From Octopus vulgaris (taxonomy: Eukaryota), in assembly GCA_951406725.2 (NCBI GenBank), contig OX597823.1:88102001-88166000 (forward strand): a DNA stretch of 64,000 nt. Reading direction: 5' to 3'. How positions within the stretch are numbered: the stretch's first letter is position 1; each line of letters starts with the position of its first letter. This document shows positions 40,375 through 55,096 of this stretch, one piece after another. The position numbers and the translations under genes were made by a program. The notes below the pieces were generated by a model that was not told the DNA's origin, did not search any database, and was given only the letters and a program-made list of their open reading frames with translations.

Positions 40375-40637
40375 AATATATATATATCTGTACACCACTT
40401 CAAACACACACACACTCTTTCTCTCACTCTCTTTATCTTTCTATATATATATGTGCACAAATAATAATACATAAGTAAAAATTTGATATATAAGCATATC
40501 AAATATTTACATCATATATACATATGTACACACACGGATACAAACACATATATGCATTATATATATGTTTACATGTATGTACATATCCCTGCACACATAT
40601 GAGTGTGTGTGCTTCTGTGTGTGCGTGTATATATATG

Positions 40638-40677
<40 letters not shown>

Positions 40678-41404
40678 TATATGAATAAAATTATGACATA
40701 CGTACATACACACGCAGATATATACATAGATATATACACGTGTGTGTGTTTTCACTGTTTGTACGTGTCTCTCTATAGATACGAATTCACATCTTGTTTT
40801 CATGTTAATCTTTATCTTATGTAATTTCTTCCATTAAACCAATATTTTTTGGCCCATATCACTGACATCATGTGAATGCTGACGCAAACATCAAAAACAC
40901 ATTTCTGAATAGAAAGTCATGCCGTGAATTGAATCGATCATTATTATATACATACAGCTTCCTGCACTATATTATATGCATTATATACATAAAGCTTCCT
41001 GCACTAAAATAATTTATCATAAAACAAATAATTATGCAAGTGACTGCTTATATGATTGTGTTCCATAATGTATTCTGTGTTAGTATGTGGCTTTGATTTT
41101 GAACTTGTTTAGAATCCTAGTTTTTGATAGTTACTTTTCACACTTGTATAATGCTTTCAGAAAGGTATAAAAAATATCGGCCGTGTATATTTCTAGTCGC
41201 TATCGATACATATCGTGATAACAAAGAAAATCGCGATAGGGAAGACTTTTTTGAATAGAAATTGTATTTTCAGTGACGTCTCGAATGACACACACACGCA
41301 CAGAAACAATAACACATACACACAAATATATATTTATAATGCATATACATATTAAAATATGTATATAATTATAAAGCGTTATGTATATGTAATTGTATAT
41401 ATAC

Positions 41405-41447
<43 letters not shown>

Positions 41448-41454
41448 TTTATAT

Positions 41455-42040
41455 ATACAAGATAAGAAAATGGAGAAATACATATAAATCAAATATCAAT
41501 TACCAGATAATACTCAATCACTTTATTAAACCACCACATAAGAAACTGTAGGGTTAAATATAAAAAGCAGAACAAATCAGTGTACATAAAGGAATGTACA
41601 TAAAAAAGTGTATATAAAAGAGTAATGTTGTATAATAATTAGAATATATATAAAAAAGAATATAAATACAAGTAAATATAAATATAAGTATAAATTAGAT
41701 CTTACAGCTGTTTCGGCCATGTCGATAATTATGTCTCTTTTTATATCTATGACCAACCATAAAGGGCTAATATTGGTAAAATGAGACATAATTATCGACA
41801 TGGCCGAAACAGCTGTAAGATCTAAGTTATACTTATATTTATATTTTCTTGTATTTATATTCTTTTTTATATATATTCTAATTATTATACAACATTACTC
41901 TTTTATGTACACTGATTTGGTTTGCTTTTTATATTTAACCCTACAGTGTCTTATGTGGTGGTTTAATAAAGTATGTGATTGAGTATTATCTGGTAATTGA
42001 TATTTGATTTAGATTATTTCTCCATTTTCTTATCTTGTAT
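41455..42040. repeat. Long inverted repeat (arms 41455-41737 and 41783-42040), Penelope-like inverted pseudo-LTR
   Basis: Arms are near-perfect reverse complements, e.g. agatcttacagctgtttcggccatgtcgataattatgtctc versus gagacataattatcgacatggccgaaacagctgtaagatct; 45-nt spacer. Confidence 0.92.
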
Positions 42041-42209
42041 TAGTAATTTGTGGTAAAACATTTTACCTTTGCCCATATAATACAGTAAATGAATTGATTG
42101 CATCGCAATCATTAACATTTATGTATTAACATTGTTGGGTACTTCACTAGCAGTATATTGGATATACGTTATCCCATAGAGGGTTGCATTTACAACCCCT
42201 ATCTCAATT

Positions 42210-42770
<561 letters not shown>

Positions 42771-42972
42771 AAGCTCACTCCCGCCATCAGATCGACATTA
42801 CCTGTACAGGTGCAACGGGTGACAGATGTCAGATGCCAAAATGATCGCAGAGCAACGAGAAATGAAGTTCTTTGCTCAAAAACCCAACGCACCGCACGGC
42901 TTGGGAAATCGAACCGATGATCTCGCAATCGTGAGTGCAACACCTTAAACACTGCGCCAATCGCCTTCTCCA
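42771..42972 (-). mobile_element. tRNA-derived SINE 5' fragment
   Basis: Minus strand tggagaaggcgattggcgcagtgtttaagg..ggttcgatttccc..gttgggtttttgagcaaag. Confidence 0.6.
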
Positions 42973-43007
42973 TTTATAATTTTTTCAAACTGTCTTGTCC
43001 GCCTACA

Positions 43008-43401
43008 TCTTTATATATAAAAGTGAAGTTCTGTGTCTGTCTACTCCGATTTAGATTCCTAACTACTCCCACATTTTGCGGTGCAGTTTAACCAAAACCG
43101 AGTATCGTATTGTCGTGATTCATATGAAGCCCTTCTGGGTATTAGCGCGCGTCTACGATGAGTCTACGATTTTAAAAATAACTTACCATTATTTTTTTCC
43201 ATTTTAATGCATATTTTTTTTTAATATAAGGGAAGTAACTCTCTAAAAATGTCTACGATGAGTCAACGATTTAAAAAAAAATTACTATAATTTTTTTCCC
43301 ATTTTTAATGCATTTTTTGCTATCTTTTGGCTATAACTCTCTAAAAATGCTTTATAGTTATTTCCCTTACAAACCCGAGCAACGCCGAGCGATACTGTTC
43401 G
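43008..43401 (+). mobile_element. Non-autonomous Helitron
   Basis: A|TCtttatatataaaag 5' end; 3' GC hairpin cccgagcaacgccgagcg followed by atactgTTCG|T (degenerate CTAG); no TSD; internal duplication gtctacgatgagtc..ttttaatgcat. Confidence 0.75.
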
Positions 43402-44094
43402 TCTATAAATAAGACTGTATATTTCGTGCTTTGGCGATTTGACATCTCTGCTCAGCAGATAAGGCCATTGCTTAGAGTGTCTCCTCTTTGTGTGTAATTT
43501 ATTCACACGTATATGTTATAAAACTATTTATGATCTACGAAGATTTTTCACGCATGCTGGCCACTGGTATAAATTTATTATTTTTAATAAGTTTTACCTT
43601 TTATATACATATATTTAGATATTTTAATTCCTGAGTCAGATATTCCCTGCTGCTTTATTCTGGCTTGGCACGTTTGGATGAGGACATTTGAATTGAATTC
43701 AGGATATAAAACGATAACACTTGATATACACGTGTGCCCTTTGGTATATGGTATGTATTTGAGTTTTATAACTTGACGCCCCAGTAGTTTCTACTAATGA
43801 TCTACACATAAGTAATTTATTTAATTACTAATGGTGAAACTTCGGGGTATAGAAATGACTGGTCTTTTTAATTTTTTTCAAATTGTTTTGCCCATCTACA
43901 TACGTGCTATAAATAAGAATGTATTCTTCGTGGTTTGGGGATTTGACATATCTTTTTAGCATGTAAAGAAACCACTACTTCTCTTTGTTCTTCTTTCTGT
44001 GTGTAATCTATACACACGTATAGACACCTGTATAATAATTTTTACCCTTTATATATTTATACTTAAATACATACGTAAAAATGTACACTTGCAT

Positions 44095-44139
44095 ATCTAT
44101 ATATATACACATACATTATATATATATATATATATACAT

Positions 44140-44176
<37 letters not shown>

Positions 44177-44310
44177 CATACACACACACACATATATATA
44201 CACACACACACACACACATATATATATACACAAACATATATATACACACACACATATATATATATATACACAAACATATATATACACATACACATATATA
44301 TATACACAAA

Positions 44311-44376
<66 letters not shown>

Positions 44377-44425
44377 CATATATACATATACATCTGTATG
44401 TGTTTGTGTATGTGTGTGTGTGTGT
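44095..44425. repeat. (TA)/(CA) compound microsatellite
   Basis: Visible. Confidence 0.95.
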
Positions 44426-44773
44426 GCGATTGTATGTGATGTGTGTCATTGTTTATTGTGCAGCACTTAGGGAATTTCCGACTTGACTTCTCAACTATTC
44501 AGTAATCTGAACTACCTTCACTTGCTCTAGGAATCGAGATTGAATCAAATATTAACGCTACCTCGAGCAGATGAAATGTGATATTGTTATGACAAGGCTA
44601 AATGACAGATATGATACATGCCGTTGTTTGCCGTATAGGTTCTTGGGTACTAAATGCCACACGCAAAGGTCTGTTCGATGCCTACTCGTAGTGATTGACA
44701 AGGGCAATTGAGGCCATATAGCGGTATCGGTCTTGAGATATCGTGGCTGCGAACGAAAGAACATATCTCACCA

Positions 44774-44776
<3 letters not shown>

Positions 44777-44823
<47 letters not shown>

Positions 44824-45080
44824 TGCATACATATATATATATATGCATGCATATATATATATATATGCATGCATGCATACATATATATATATATATCTAT
44901 ATATATATATTATAAAAATTAAATATATATATATATATTCATATCCATATATATGTATATATATTCATATATATATTATATAAATTAAATATATATATAT
45001 ATATATATTATAAAATTAAATATATATATATATATATATTATAAAAATTAAATATATATATATATATATATTATAAAAAT

Positions 45081-45112
<32 letters not shown>
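44777..45112. repeat. (TA)n field with repeated tataaaa(a)ttaaa units
   Basis: About five visible units. Confidence 0.9.
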
Positions 45113-45115
<3 letters not shown>

Positions 45116-45161
45116 GCTTGCATACATAAGCAGAGAAATACTCACGCATACATTTTTATGC

Positions 45162-45204
<43 letters not shown>

Positions 45205-45650
45205 GATAGAGAGGCAAACATACACATACGTACATATACCCTTGTGTGTGTGTTCGCGTGTACAAACATCAGCGAATGAAGAAAGAGATTAGAAGAGCAG
45301 AGGTGAGTCAGATGTTAGAAATAATAGCGCTGAATATATGACTCATAACACTATAATCTATCTCATTTGATCTGTAAGATATTAATATTGTTTTATGTAA
45401 ATATTCTGCCTCGATACTTCCTCGATTTTTACCTCTAAGTAAAAGTGAAACTTTTTTTTATGAACTTATGACATCCATCTATATGATAATCGAATCTATA
45501 ATCATACACCAAATATATCGATACGCACAATATATAGACGATGCTTTATTGTTTTCCAGCTACTCGATAAGCTTAGAAGTATTCAGGAGATCTAATTCTG
45601 ATGGATCGCATCAAATTTAGTGGACACATAAACAATAATAAGCGTAGTCA

Positions 45651-45868
45651 AGGCTGCGAGCTGGCAGAAACGTTAGCACGCCGGGCGAAATGCGTAGCCA
45701 TATTTCGTCTGCCGCTACGTTCTGAGTTCAAATTCCACCGAGGTCGACTTTGCCTTTCATCCTTTCAGGGTCGAATAAATACGTACCAGTTACGCATTGG
45801 TGTCAATATAATCGACTTAATCCATTTGTCGGCCCTTGTTTGTCTCCTCTCTGTGTAGTAGCCCCTTG
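45651..45868 (+). mobile_element. SINE family B monomer
   Basis: Full head, core and first tail type. Confidence 0.88.
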
Positions 45869-46184
45869 AGGGGCTTAGTTCACTTGTGATCTAAACGAGT
45901 AGGTACTCTGAGTAAGTACTATAGTTGGTCCAGCATTATGTTCCAAGATCACAGCTAAGGCTGGATCTAGGGATCCGTATTGGGGTTCCATTATAGCGGG
46001 TATAAATTATATTAGGGGAAAAATCAAATCCAAGGCAGAACATGTATGCCAAGTGATTTATAGTAATTTAATTTAAAGTCTTATAGTCATTTGCAGTCTT
46101 ACCCTAATTAAATTATTATAAATGTCTTCAGATACTACTGTCTTGGCTTTGATTTTCCTCTAATATTATATATGACAATACATA

Positions 46185-46225
<41 letters not shown>

Positions 46226-48781
46226 GTATGTATAGACATGCATGCATTTTTGTAAGCCCCAAAATATCTTTCCAATCTGGGTTGATGTATTTATATTCTT
46301 GTGATATAGTTACTAAAATACGTACTGGGATTGATAAATTCGACCTACTCCGCTAGACGGCGTGCCAACACGGCTGTAGTCTAATGATTGAAACATGTAG
46401 AAGAGTAGAAGAGAATCCCTGTATTTCTGTTCGTACTTACAATCAAGTATGGAACGTCGGCTTTAAGAGCAATGAATTTTACTTGAAGCTGCCACATGTA
46501 ATCGTGGTCCATTAGCTATGGCTTTTGTGTCTCCTAAATCATTAAAAAATAATAAGATCTATATATCTTTAAACCTCAGAGCTGTTACATTTGATTCTCT
46601 CTCTCATGGACCAAAGAACATAAGCAATTTTCATACCTTAAAATTAATGTGATAACATTTTGTTCCTCTTGATACATTTTTGGCCTTATAATAATTTCTG
46701 TTTACTTATCTATCGGCATGCATTTAATCACTTTTACTGTGCTCTCCTCTTAAAAGTATCAGATTTTACTTTGTATAACAATAGTTTTCTTCCGATTAAT
46801 GTTTGTGTTGTGTGGACAACCATAGACGATGAAGTAGACTAGCCCAATACGTAGATACAGAAGTAGCAGTCGTAGTAAACTAGAGCACAGCAGAGTAGCG
46901 GTGAGAGTTGAGTGGAAGGCATCCGAACATTGCGACATAACAGTGGCGACGAGGTTTCGTAGCTCACACAGCCACTGTGTAGTATTGCGACATAACAGTA
47001 TGGCAAACATTTTGAAAACCCTCTATTTCAGTTCTGTAACATTTAGCCTGTTAATTGTGCTCTTAGACCAGAATTATGGAAATGCTAGGGGCTCATTTCT
47101 TCAATAAGGTTATTATTAAAGAATACGTTGACTATGATGTCTTATCTAATATGCGTATCGTTTGCTTCTGTGCGTTATTTTACAGTCACGTTTTGTGATA
47201 TACTTCGACGTTCATATAGCTTGTATGGTTCCTGCCTATCTCACATAGTTTTCTGAATAAGCATATTATTTTCGCCTGATTTAGAACCTGTTTATTACTT
47301 GTTGTCTTGCTGTTAATAGGGATACATTTAACTTTAGTATTTCAAGTTGTGCATGTATATATATATAAGTATGTGTAAAGATAAATGATTAATGCAGCAT
47401 TTATTGTTTATTTAATTAGTTTTCCTTTTCGTCATTTTGCATATTCACACACCATATATCATATCACACAGATACACACACGCAAGCAAACACACATATA
47501 TAAGCATGCATATGTATATATTCATATGTCTATATGTATATATATATATAATGTGTGTGTGTGTGTGTATGAAATGGCATATGATATATGGTGTATGAAT
47601 AAGCAAAATGACGAAAAAGAACATCAGCTAAATATACAATCTATGGTGCATTAATCATATATATAGATAGATAGATATAGAGATATACACACATATATAT
47701 ACATACACACACACTTATATATATATATATATGTGGTACTAGGTTTTGTGAAAACTTTTCCAATATTTCAATATTGTAATGCTTATTATTTACAATATAT
47801 CTGGAAGCAAGTATCTGAATAGAGTAACTCAAACAACTGCTATATTCATATATTTTGTGTTTGTCATAACGTTTGTGGTTCATTGTTTTGATATTTATGA
47901 CAAATCTCAGTTATGGAAGTTGCAGAATAAGCTTAACATGACTAATATAGAAAGTTTTGTAGAGCATGGAGATAGCATTGTTAATTATACCATACAATGC
48001 ATTATACATGAAATTAGCAGATTTTCTCCCCAGTAGGCCAAGCTATTACAACAAGGAGCCATTGAAACATAATATTCTGCACAATGTAAATACTAGCTAT
48101 ATGGATTTCTATTCTTACTGTACTTATTATATTGAATGCTTCTGAAAACAAATTTGTTGAAGATCCATACAATATTATTAATATTCTGATTTTATTATAG
48201 CATAAATACTATCGCAACGAAAGGTATATATCCTTTATTAGATTGGTTAAATATCCATAGAGTACACATAGTACTCTATGGATATATTGCATATACTCAA
48301 CATATTGCATATACTTAACACATCAGCGATTGGTGGGGGCACACTCGCACTCACCCATATATAAACACGTACATTGTTGCGTGTATGGGTTTTTTTTAAC
48401 TGCCCCACTTAAGATTTTCTGTGTATTATTACCGGTTATTTCCTTTCTGGCAACGTAAATTCTAAAAATTATATTTTTTTAATTAAAGAACAAAAAAATA
48501 CAAAATGAGCATTCATTGTGTTCGTTAAATCAACCTTCGCTAATCCAGGTCTTCCCTATTACTTGTCCTCGCTGCGTTTCATAGATAACAAGTTATTCGG
48601 CATTTTGTTCATGCGTCAATGCGGATAAAACCGAATGAGTGCTTGATTTAATGGATGTCTAAATTTAACCTCAGAAATCACTGATTGTCTACTTTCGTTG
48701 GTATTTAATTTTACGACTTTAAACTTTAACATAACCCTCTGTGGGTGACAATAACAGAGCATGTTTTTATCGGCAATACAG

Positions 48782-48822
<41 letters not shown>

Positions 48823-50445
48823 GTATATTACTCCATGATGGTAGGATAGAAAAAGTACTCCATCTGGTGAGATATAAGTATTATTTGATAAACACAGTAT
48901 ATAGTTTTATGAGTTATTAATAGTCTCATGCTACGAAAAACAACTCAAAGAGCACATCTGGTGCTTTCATGCAATACTCAGGGTCCACTCACATGGCATA
49001 GCAAGCTAAACCAGGATGATAAGATGGCAGAAAATACTAGAAAAGGCGGGGAGGAAGTAGATGCAAAAGGTGGAAGGTTATAAACAACGGAAAATGAACA
49101 ATGGACATATATATATATGTATGTATATGTATGTATATATGTGTATATATATATGCGCGTGGGTAATCGTAGCAGGATAGCTCATTTCCTAAACGTGAAC
49201 ACACATTGCCCACAGACGTCACACAAAGAAGAATATGCTCCAATGACGAACTACCTCAGCACACAAATATAAGAACGCCACAAAAACAAAATGATGCAAA
49301 ATAATATATACAAATTTATCACTAAAAATTTATCACAGAAAATTCAATGGAGATAAATATCCAAAAGATACACTCAAGGATAACGGCCTTTGATTCATTG
49401 ATTCGTTGGTTTATTTACGCGAATTTACGGGAATTCCCCGTAATAAACACATTTTGTACTGAACGCAATTATAAAGATTTTATCCTATTTTTAATTTGTA
49501 AATTTAAGTGGAATATATTCAGTGTGGGATTTTATTCTGAATAAACACGTGTACCGAGATGCAATTCTAAAAGCCCGCCTTTTGCATAGATATATAAGTG
49601 TGAACAATTCTATGTACTATGTTGGATACATTTTGGTGTTCGTCTGGTATGTTGATTTTTTGTTCATTTTTATGTCTTCATGATGCATACACTGACGATT
49701 AAAAAGTGCATTTTGTGCACTAATTATGAAATCATATGATTTGCAGCTGAAAATGTTTTAAAAGACTTGCTTCGAGAGTTGCATTCTCTCGCGTTCGATA
49801 CAAAATGTGTTTATTATTGTAGTTTTGAGTTTAAGTGTTCCTCCTAGCGTAAGGTATTTATGTATAGTAATGCCCTTAATATAAATAAATATATTTAAAG
49901 GGAATAATTAATACATTTTTCCCTTATGAGGTTTTTCACGCTAACTACTTAATAACTTCTTATAAAGATTTTATCCTATTTTTAAATTATATATATATAT
50001 ATCAATAAATGCTGCTTCTTCAGTTAGGTTTGGTGAATATCTAGCACCTTATTATACATAACTGTATGACTAGCGGGTTCTAACTGAAAATCTGTAAATT
50101 TGTGTATTTAGTTACTTAAGGTAAATTAAAATGTTTCGATTTAATAATAAGTAATATATAATTACGTAGTATATTTAGCAGCGCAACTGAAACTCTGCAG
50201 TCGGCCCCTTTGCAGATGGCATAACATTTTATATGGATACTGCAGAGAAATATGGCAGTATGGACTGATGGATGCATTTACATAAATATTGTGTGAGATT
50301 TGAATATTAGTTATACAAAATTTGAACCTAATAAAATAACGTGCTTCCATATTACAATCACAGAGATAAAACCATTAATAACATCAACTACTTTCGTAGG
50401 TTTCGAAATGCTGGTAAATAAATAAATAATAAATAAAAGTGAATA

Positions 50446-51085
50446 GGCGTAGCTGTCCACAAGGTTCCGGGTTCGCTCCCATTGCGTGACACCTTGGGCA
50501 AGTGTCTTCTACTATAGTCTCGGGTCAACCATAGGCTTGTGAGTGGATTTTGTTGACAGAAACTGAAAGAAGCCCGTCGTATATATGTACTTTTATACTT
50601 TTATTTGTTTCTGCCATTTGACTGCGGCCATGCTGGAGCACCGCCTTTAGTCGAGCAAATCGACCCCAGGACTTATTCCTTGTCATTCTAGTACTTATTA
50701 TATCGGTTTTGTTTGCCGAACCGCTATGTTACGGGGACGTAAACATACCTACATCGATTGTCAAGCGATGTTGGGGGACAAACGCAGACACACAAACATT
50801 TACATACAAGGTGCCACGCAGTGGGTCTGAACCTGGAACCATGTGGTTGGTAAGCAAGCTACTTACCACACAGCTACTGATGTACATGTGTGTGTGTGTG
50901 TGTGTGTGTGTTTATGTCTGTTTGTCCCCTACCACCGCTTGATAACCGGTGTTGGTGTGTTTATACCTCCGTAACTTTGCGATTTGGCAAAGAACAGCAA
51001 CAGAACAATTCGGCTGCAAAATTCTTCAAGCTGGTGCCCCAGCATGGCCTGCAGTCTAATGACATAAAAAGTAAAAAATAAAAAG
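50446..51085. mobile_element. SINE family A (+) with a second family A copy (-) nested in its central microsatellite
   Basis: Plus head 50446-50585, minus copy about 50588-50876, plus tail about 50885-51085; ATGTAC on both sides of the insert. Confidence 0.8.
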
Positions 51086-52855
51086 ATGTATTATCTACGC
51101 TTATAGAAATCTTAACACTAACCCGCTTCTAAACCCTAGCCGGAACTAAGTTGCTTTGTCTTGATATTACATATATGCGCACTAACATCTGAGAGGGTGA
51201 CCCTGCATCGCAGAACTAAAGAGCGAAAACTGAGAGTTACAAAAAGTTGAGAAGTACCGATGTTAAGGATTTGCAACACATAACTCATTGAGATACAGTG
51301 CTAATGTAATATAATATTATTGATATTCATGGGATATTCAACGCGGCCATGGCAATTTATTACTCGTGTTAGTAAGGGAAAAATAAACGATTGAGTATTC
51401 ACATCAATATAAAGCGCGAGAAACTCTTCGCATCTCACAGTAATAAGTTAATACCTTTTTCTGTAGTCACTTGATGTTCCTGCTTTTCATACTCTTCTAT
51501 CATTCAATTATACTTGTATACTAGAAGCAGTATTAAACAATATATTGTATATTTCTCTCATAAACAAAATATTGTATAACTCCCGGCTTCTCACACCTGA
51601 AGCTAGGCGCTGCAGCCTTTGTGTTCCCAGCTTCAAACAATTTGAATATAAAATGTACTACCTGCTGTTATTTATGCATTTTGGATGCGGCATCTCTTGG
51701 AGAAGAAAAAGTTTTGGAAAACAGTTGATTCCAAAATAAAGAATAACAAGTATTATGTAGCTATAAACCATATCTGCTATAGATAAATGTATTATATATG
51801 TAAATCATATGTACAATAGACAATAAGAAAGTAACACAACGAGGAGTGAGGTGTGTATTACACTTGTATTGTTTGTCAGTAAACTATTCTACAATGCTTA
51901 TACAAATAATCCGAAGAATGAAAAGATAATCTCCCTACGCACGATGTATTCCCCAAAATAAATATCTTATAATAATATGAGTCATGCGAAACGGATATAC
52001 GAGAAAGTTAATGCTTATACAAATAACAAAAATCTGCTTCTGATGTTGGGCGTTATGCAGGTAAAAACGGATGAATCTCGTGTACAATTTGAAAGAATAT
52101 CACAAGTATTTCAACAAACAAATACTTTGGCTATCTCTCCTCCAAAGATATGTGCACCGAGTGCAAAGATATGTGCACTTAGGAAATGATGTGGAATCAT
52201 TTCATTAGTTCTGAGAAACACTCAAAAATAAACATAGATGAATTTTCATTTTATTCATTTTTTTTTAATGTTTTAGCTATAATGAATTCACAAACGTGTA
52301 TGCTTATAACCTGTTGCTATTTATTTTGTTTCAAGTACTTAGTCTCTCAAATTTTGTCACTCATCTGGTTCAACTCTAGAAATTTCATTATTGAAGGACA
52401 GATTGAAAACTGTCGATGAACAGGGAATTAGGAACCTTTATACAAATTTTAAATTTTCTATAATTTGAAAATGTGTTACAAATAGAAAACAAATTCCATC
52501 GCCAGTAACAATCATTTATGTGGTTATTCTTCCTGTAACGTATACTTTTTCATTATTACTAGTTGCAATGCAGTTAAATGCATTTAAAATGGTGTCATTT
52601 ACATTAGATTCAACCATTTAATGCAGGCTGTATTAAATATTTATATTAACATAATTGTATGGTGAGGTGAACGAAAGAATATGACCGTAGATTTTACAAC
52701 ACTTGATGAAATAGCGATGAAAGAAATAGAAAATAAATCTACAAGGACCTACACTGATGAGAATAGGAAAGAAACAGTTATTTAGAAATTGTAGCCTTTT
52801 TGATTTCATATTTTGCTGCGCTGTTTTTTTTTTATACTTATATACATTGTACTTC

Positions 52856-53278
52856 TTATTTCTTTATTGCCCACAAGGGACTAACTATAGAAGGGTCAAA
52901 CATGGATAGACAAAGGGATTAAGTCAATTGCATCGCCCCACCCCCAGTGCATAACTGGTACTTTATTTATCGACCCCGAAAGGATGAAAGGAAAAGTCGA
53001 CCTCGGCGAAATTTGAACTCAGAACATAACAGTAGATGAAATACCTATTTCTTTACTACCCACAAGGGGCTAAACACAGAGAGGACAAACAAGGAGAGGC
53101 AAACGGTTTAAGTCGATTATATCTACCCCAGTGCGTAACTGGTACTTATTTAATCGACCCCAAAAGGATGAAAGGCAAAGTCGACTTCGGCGGAATTTGA
53201 ACTCAGAACGGAGCGGCAGATGAAATACCCCAAAGCATTTCGCCCGGTGTGCTAACGTTTCTGCTAGCTCACCGCCTT
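52856..53278 (-). mobile_element. SINE family B dimer
   Basis: One head and two core-tail units; atatacatt(g/t)tactt on both flanks (about 52840 and 53282). Confidence 0.9.
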
Positions 53279-54479
53279 AAAATATACATTTTACTTTTGT
53301 AGATATCAATCGACAAATATTTCAATGTGTGATTTCTAATGATTTTAGATTAACGAGATTTAATTATGCATACAATTATCTTTATATTGTTCACATAACG
53401 ATGTATTTACTAAGTTTGATTTCTTATTGTTTTCTGTTTCTTGTAGTATATTTCATTTTCTTCAGCTGCGCTAACATTCAATACCCAAAGCGTTCTTTGT
53501 TGAAAATTAAATAAAAACTTTTACTAAAACAGAAGCTTCCTGTTAATCTTAACCCCACGATTATTGCAGTCCAGATCTGATTTGTATTATCAGCTTCAAT
53601 GATTACGTAATACGAGAGACGAGCCAATGAAAAGGAATAGACTAATAAAAATAGCAGCTAAATCTTCCACAAATCACAGAATACTTTCATAAAAGAGAAG
53701 TAGATACTGGAAATATATTTCCGGAAACTAATGCATGATCTTGGTTGAAATGAATAAAACATAGTTATGCTCGATCACGCCTGACTAGGATTTCATTAAG
53801 AACAATATAAAAAAAGAATCTAACTCTTTGATAAATGAATATGAAAATAGCATAATAATGTAGTATCCAAAATTACAATATTAATTATATTTGGTTCCAT
53901 TTTATCTTAATTTTCTTGAAAGACGCCTAATGTTTTTGCCTTGTTTTGTGACAGCATCAAAGTTCGGTCGTATTCATGCTCTGCACATTCTACCAAGACA
54001 TCATGTTCGTTGTCATACAGAAATTCCTCGTTTAGTCATGCAGTTACATGTTTCATCCCGTTTATATGAAGCACATTCTCATAAATATGGTGTGAATGGG
54101 TTTCTAAGCTCCATATCTCAATTGTATTGATATCACCTTTATTCTCCCCTTGGCTCTGTATCTTAGATGTCCAAAATCAACATGATTGAGCAAAGATCAC
54201 TTCATAAACCTTAAAGGAACGGAACGATATTAATAGCCAGTGGTAAATGGAAGCTTGTAACTAATTGCAATAATGACACGGTCTGAATTGCTTCCGATTT
54301 GCGAGGTAACCACAAGCAATATTAAGGTTCTCTCAGGTAACCAGATGAAACAAAACCGGCATTTAAACCATGTAACCGCACATCTTTTAATCCAATATTT
54401 GATATCAATAATTTCCTAACAGTGCTGAAAATCACCGAATTAATTACATTTCGTAACGTGTGTTAATGTATATTAATAC

Positions 54480-54517
<38 letters not shown>

Positions 54518-54757
54518 CATTAATAAATTCTAATGTATATTTTCTAAAATGCTGCATAACGATTTAAATCGACATCAACACTTGGTTTGTACTCATTTTA
54601 TCGAACCTAAATTGATGGACTTGAAAATTGACCCCGGTGACCTTTCATCTCATGGCCACAGTAAGATAATCCATAGATTTCGGTCTGACACTCTCCTCAG
54701 CTTATTATCTAAAACCGCAATACACTAACGATAATGAAATACTACTACTACTACTAC

Positions 54758-54795
<38 letters not shown>

Positions 54796-54837
54796 ATTAT
54801 TATTATTATCATTATTATGATAATTATAATAATGATT

Positions 54838-55096
54838 TCGGAGAAATTGGAATTGACTTTAGAGTATAGCAAGTTCAAAAGTCTGCCTTATTGGGAACAA
54901 CTAGGATTTTGAGATTACTGCTTGGTCTTCTACGATAATTTAATATCTAAGTACCAAAGCTTATTATTTGCGGAAAGAGACACTCTGAGATCTCTGGTTA
55001 CAGGTCGTTGTCCGCTCTCATAAAATCAACCAGAGTAAGACCGAGAGCTCTAATAATAATAACAATAAGAATAAGAATACTACTAATAATAATAAT
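54838..55096 (+). mobile_element. R4/Dong 3' terminal fragment in AAT/ACT repeats
   Basis: EIGIDFRV*QVQKSALLGTTRILRLLL (QKxALLGTARILR motif); 3' UTR homologous to 3700-3815; (AAT)n on both sides. Confidence 0.8.
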
